Assembly: GCA_963771465.1 (NCBI GenBank)
Contig: CAVYTU010000015.1
Coordinates: 544,001-608,000, forward strand
DNA length: 64,000 bases
Reading direction: 5' to 3'
DNA from: an uncultured delta proteobacterium
GTDB lineage: Bacteria; Desulfobacterota; Binatia; UBA9968
This document shows positions 62,217 to 64,000 of this stretch, in pieces; the stretch's first letter is position 1; each line of letters opens with the position of its first letter. The notes under the pieces are model-generated. The model saw nothing but the letters and a program-made list of their open reading frames with translations, made no database searches and was not told the DNA's origin. The position numbers and the translations under genes are program-made.

Positions 62217-62678
62217 ATGGAAATCGAAAAAAAACTGAATGCGCTGGGATATCAAGTTCCGAGTGTTCCTGGCGCTGCCGGCAACTATATCGGCTGTGTC
62301 AGAGTCGGCAATCTGCTGTTTGTTGGCGGCAATACCGGACGGGTCAACGGATCGCGCCGCTACGAAGGCAAAGTTGGTGATAAGGTCAGTCTTGAACAGG
62401 CCTATGAGATGGCGCGAGATTGCGCACTCAATCATCTGGCGGTGATCAAAGCGGCTCTCGGCGATCTCGACCAGGTTGAACGGATCGTAAAGGTGTTAGT
62501 GTATGTCAACGTCGCGCCGCAGTTTAACGACATGGCTAAAGTAGCCAACGGCGAATCGGATTTGCTGGTGAGCCTGTGGGGTGAGCGCGGACGCCACACC
62601 CGCGCGGCGATCGGCGTCGCATCACTGGGCGGCGATGCGCCAGTGGAATGTGAAATCACGGTGCAAGTTCGTGATTAA
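62217..62678 (+). CDS. RidA/YjgF family protein
   Basis: GNY...VRVGNLLFVGG, VANGESDLL, GRHTRAAIGVASL. Confidence 0.88.
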   Translation: MEIEKKLNALGYQVPSVPGAAGNYIGCVRVGNLLFVGGNTGRVNGSRRYEGKVGDKVSLEQAYEMARDCALNHLAVIKAALGDLDQVERIVKVLVYVNVAPQFNDMAKVANGESDLLVSLWGERGRHTRAAIGVASLGGDAPVECEITVQVRD

Positions 62679-62855
62679 TTTCGCTCTGGCAAGGCTTGTT
62701 CTGAGCGCGGTGACACGACAACCGAAAAAGAAATTTCGCAATCGCAAGTTTAGCCACGAGCAACGCAAAATAGATTGGCAATTGTAATGTGATCGCCGAG
62801 CCGATGCATGACCAGGCGAACATTACGATGAGAAGCAAATAAGGAGGACAATTCA

Positions 62856-64000
62856 ATGGGAGCAGGACCGAATTTGGAAGGCATGGCGTTTACCAAAGAG
62901 GAAAACGAGCAACTGACCCGCGTCGGACCGGGAACGCTGATGGGCGATTTGTTCCGTCAATATTGGGTCGCAGTGGTGCCGACTGCCTTATTGCCTGCAT
63001 CGGCTAGCAAGCCGCTTCGGGTCCGGCTTTTGTGCGAAGATTTGGTGTTGTTTCGCGCCGGCAACGGCAAGATCGGTTTGGTCGGCGCCTACTGTCAGCA
63101 TCGTTTGGCGCCGCTTTATTTTGGCCGAATTGAAAATGATGGCATTCGCTGTCCCTATCATGGTTGGAAATACGCCACCGATGGCACCTGCATGGAGATG
63201 CCGAACATTCCCGCCGAGCAGCAATTCTGCGACGCAATCCATCATCCCGGTTATCCTTGCGTTGAGTACGGCGGCATCATTTGGACCTACATGGGTCCGG
63301 CGAAAGAATTGCCGGCATTGCCGGAATTTGAGTTCGCTTTGGTATCGGACGATTTGCGCCGCCATCGATTGTTTCGTTCGGAAGGAAACTATCTACAAGT
63401 AATGGAAGGCGGCATCGATCCGACTCATGTGATGTGGTTGCATTCGCCCTATAATTTGGCCGACGATGAAGTGGCACAAGTCCATCAGGGCCCGCAACAG
63501 GTGGTCGCCAACAAGTCGCGCAAACGCACCCCCGATCAAACCGATATCGTCGATACTCCCGGCGGCTTTATGTACGGCACGAGACGGAGCCTCAATGACG
63601 GTACGAGCCTGTGGCGTGTGAATCAATTCATGGTGCCGTTTTACAGCATGCCTCCGGGTGGCGATCTGCGCGGCGCGCGCATCTATGTGCCGATCGACGA
63701 TGAAAGTTGCGTCAAATGGCAGATCGCCTGGTATCCGAACCGAGAAACCAAGGAAAAGAGCCAGGAGACGCCGCGACTGATTCAAGACAACGAGGAATTT
63801 ATGGAGGCCACGAATCAGCCCTTTGGCTTCATTATCCCCAAGGCTAACAAATCCAATGATTACCTGGTCGATTGGAATACTCATAAAAGCAGAAGAATGG
63901 GAATCACCGGGGTCAATCTTCAGGACATGTGCGTCACCGAGGGCCAAGGGCCGACGCCGATTTTGGATCGCACTAAAGAAAATCTTTGCAGCGGCGATCA
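62856..64000 (+). CDS. Rieske oxygenase alpha subunit, close paralog of 34300-35652; runs off the window end
   Basis: AAGGAGG RBS, ATG 62856, hand translation MGAGPNLEGMAFTKEENEQLTRVGPGTLMG...CQH...CPYH...EGGIDPTHVMWLH. Missing from the ORF track because it has no stop in the window. Confidence 0.92.
   Translation, partial: MGAGPNLEGMAFTKEENEQLTRVGPGTLMGDLFRQYWVAVVPTALLPASASKPLRVRLLCEDLVLFRAGNGKIGLVGAYCQHRLAPLYFGRIENDGIRCPYHGWKYATDGTCMEMPNIPAEQQFCDAIHHPGYPCVEYGGIIWTYMGPAKELPALPEFEFALVSDDLRRHRLFRSEGNYLQVMEGGIDPTHVMWLHSPYNLADDEVAQVHQGPQQVVANKSRKRTPDQTDIVDTPGGFMYGTRRSLNDGTSLWRVNQFMVPFYSMPPGGDLRGARIYVPIDDESCVKWQIAWYPNRETKEKSQETPRLIQDNEEFMEATNQPFGFIIPKANKSNDYLVDWNTHKSRRMGITGVNLQDMCVTEGQGPTPILDRTKENLCSGD

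Overview
Bacterial genomic window with two distinct halves. Gene style (many ABC substrate-binding proteins, Rieske oxygenases, cupins) suggests a Binatota/deltaproteobacterial-type genome; that assignment is inference. Left half (1 to ~31.6 kb) is a stationary-phase/general-stress cluster: start of an alternative complex III operon (actA/actB), Ku + LigD, UdgX, pyruvate oxidase, frameshifted catalase HPII, DUF892, CsbD, YihY, PPK1 and several lineage-specific paralogous small proteins. At least 12 of its transcription units are preceded by correctly spaced sigma54-type GG-N10-GC motifs. A junction at ~31.3-34.1 kb holds gene relics and att-like tmRNA/tRNA fragments. Right half (34.3-64 kb) is an aromatic/heterocycle catabolism-like region with three Rieske oxygenases, two bicupins, an isochorismatase-type hydrolase, a client-less NorQ/NorD-type AAA+/vWA pair, ABC binding proteins and permeases. 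The most striking element is seven 354-aa paralogs of a signal-peptide-less SsuA/NMT1(PBP-II)-fold protein with an invariant N-terminal GN[GA]CWHxxH motif and co-varying hypervariable patches. These are a candidate diversified family of cytoplasmic enzymes or ligand-binding proteins. All calls were made by eye from sequence and translations; no database searches were run.
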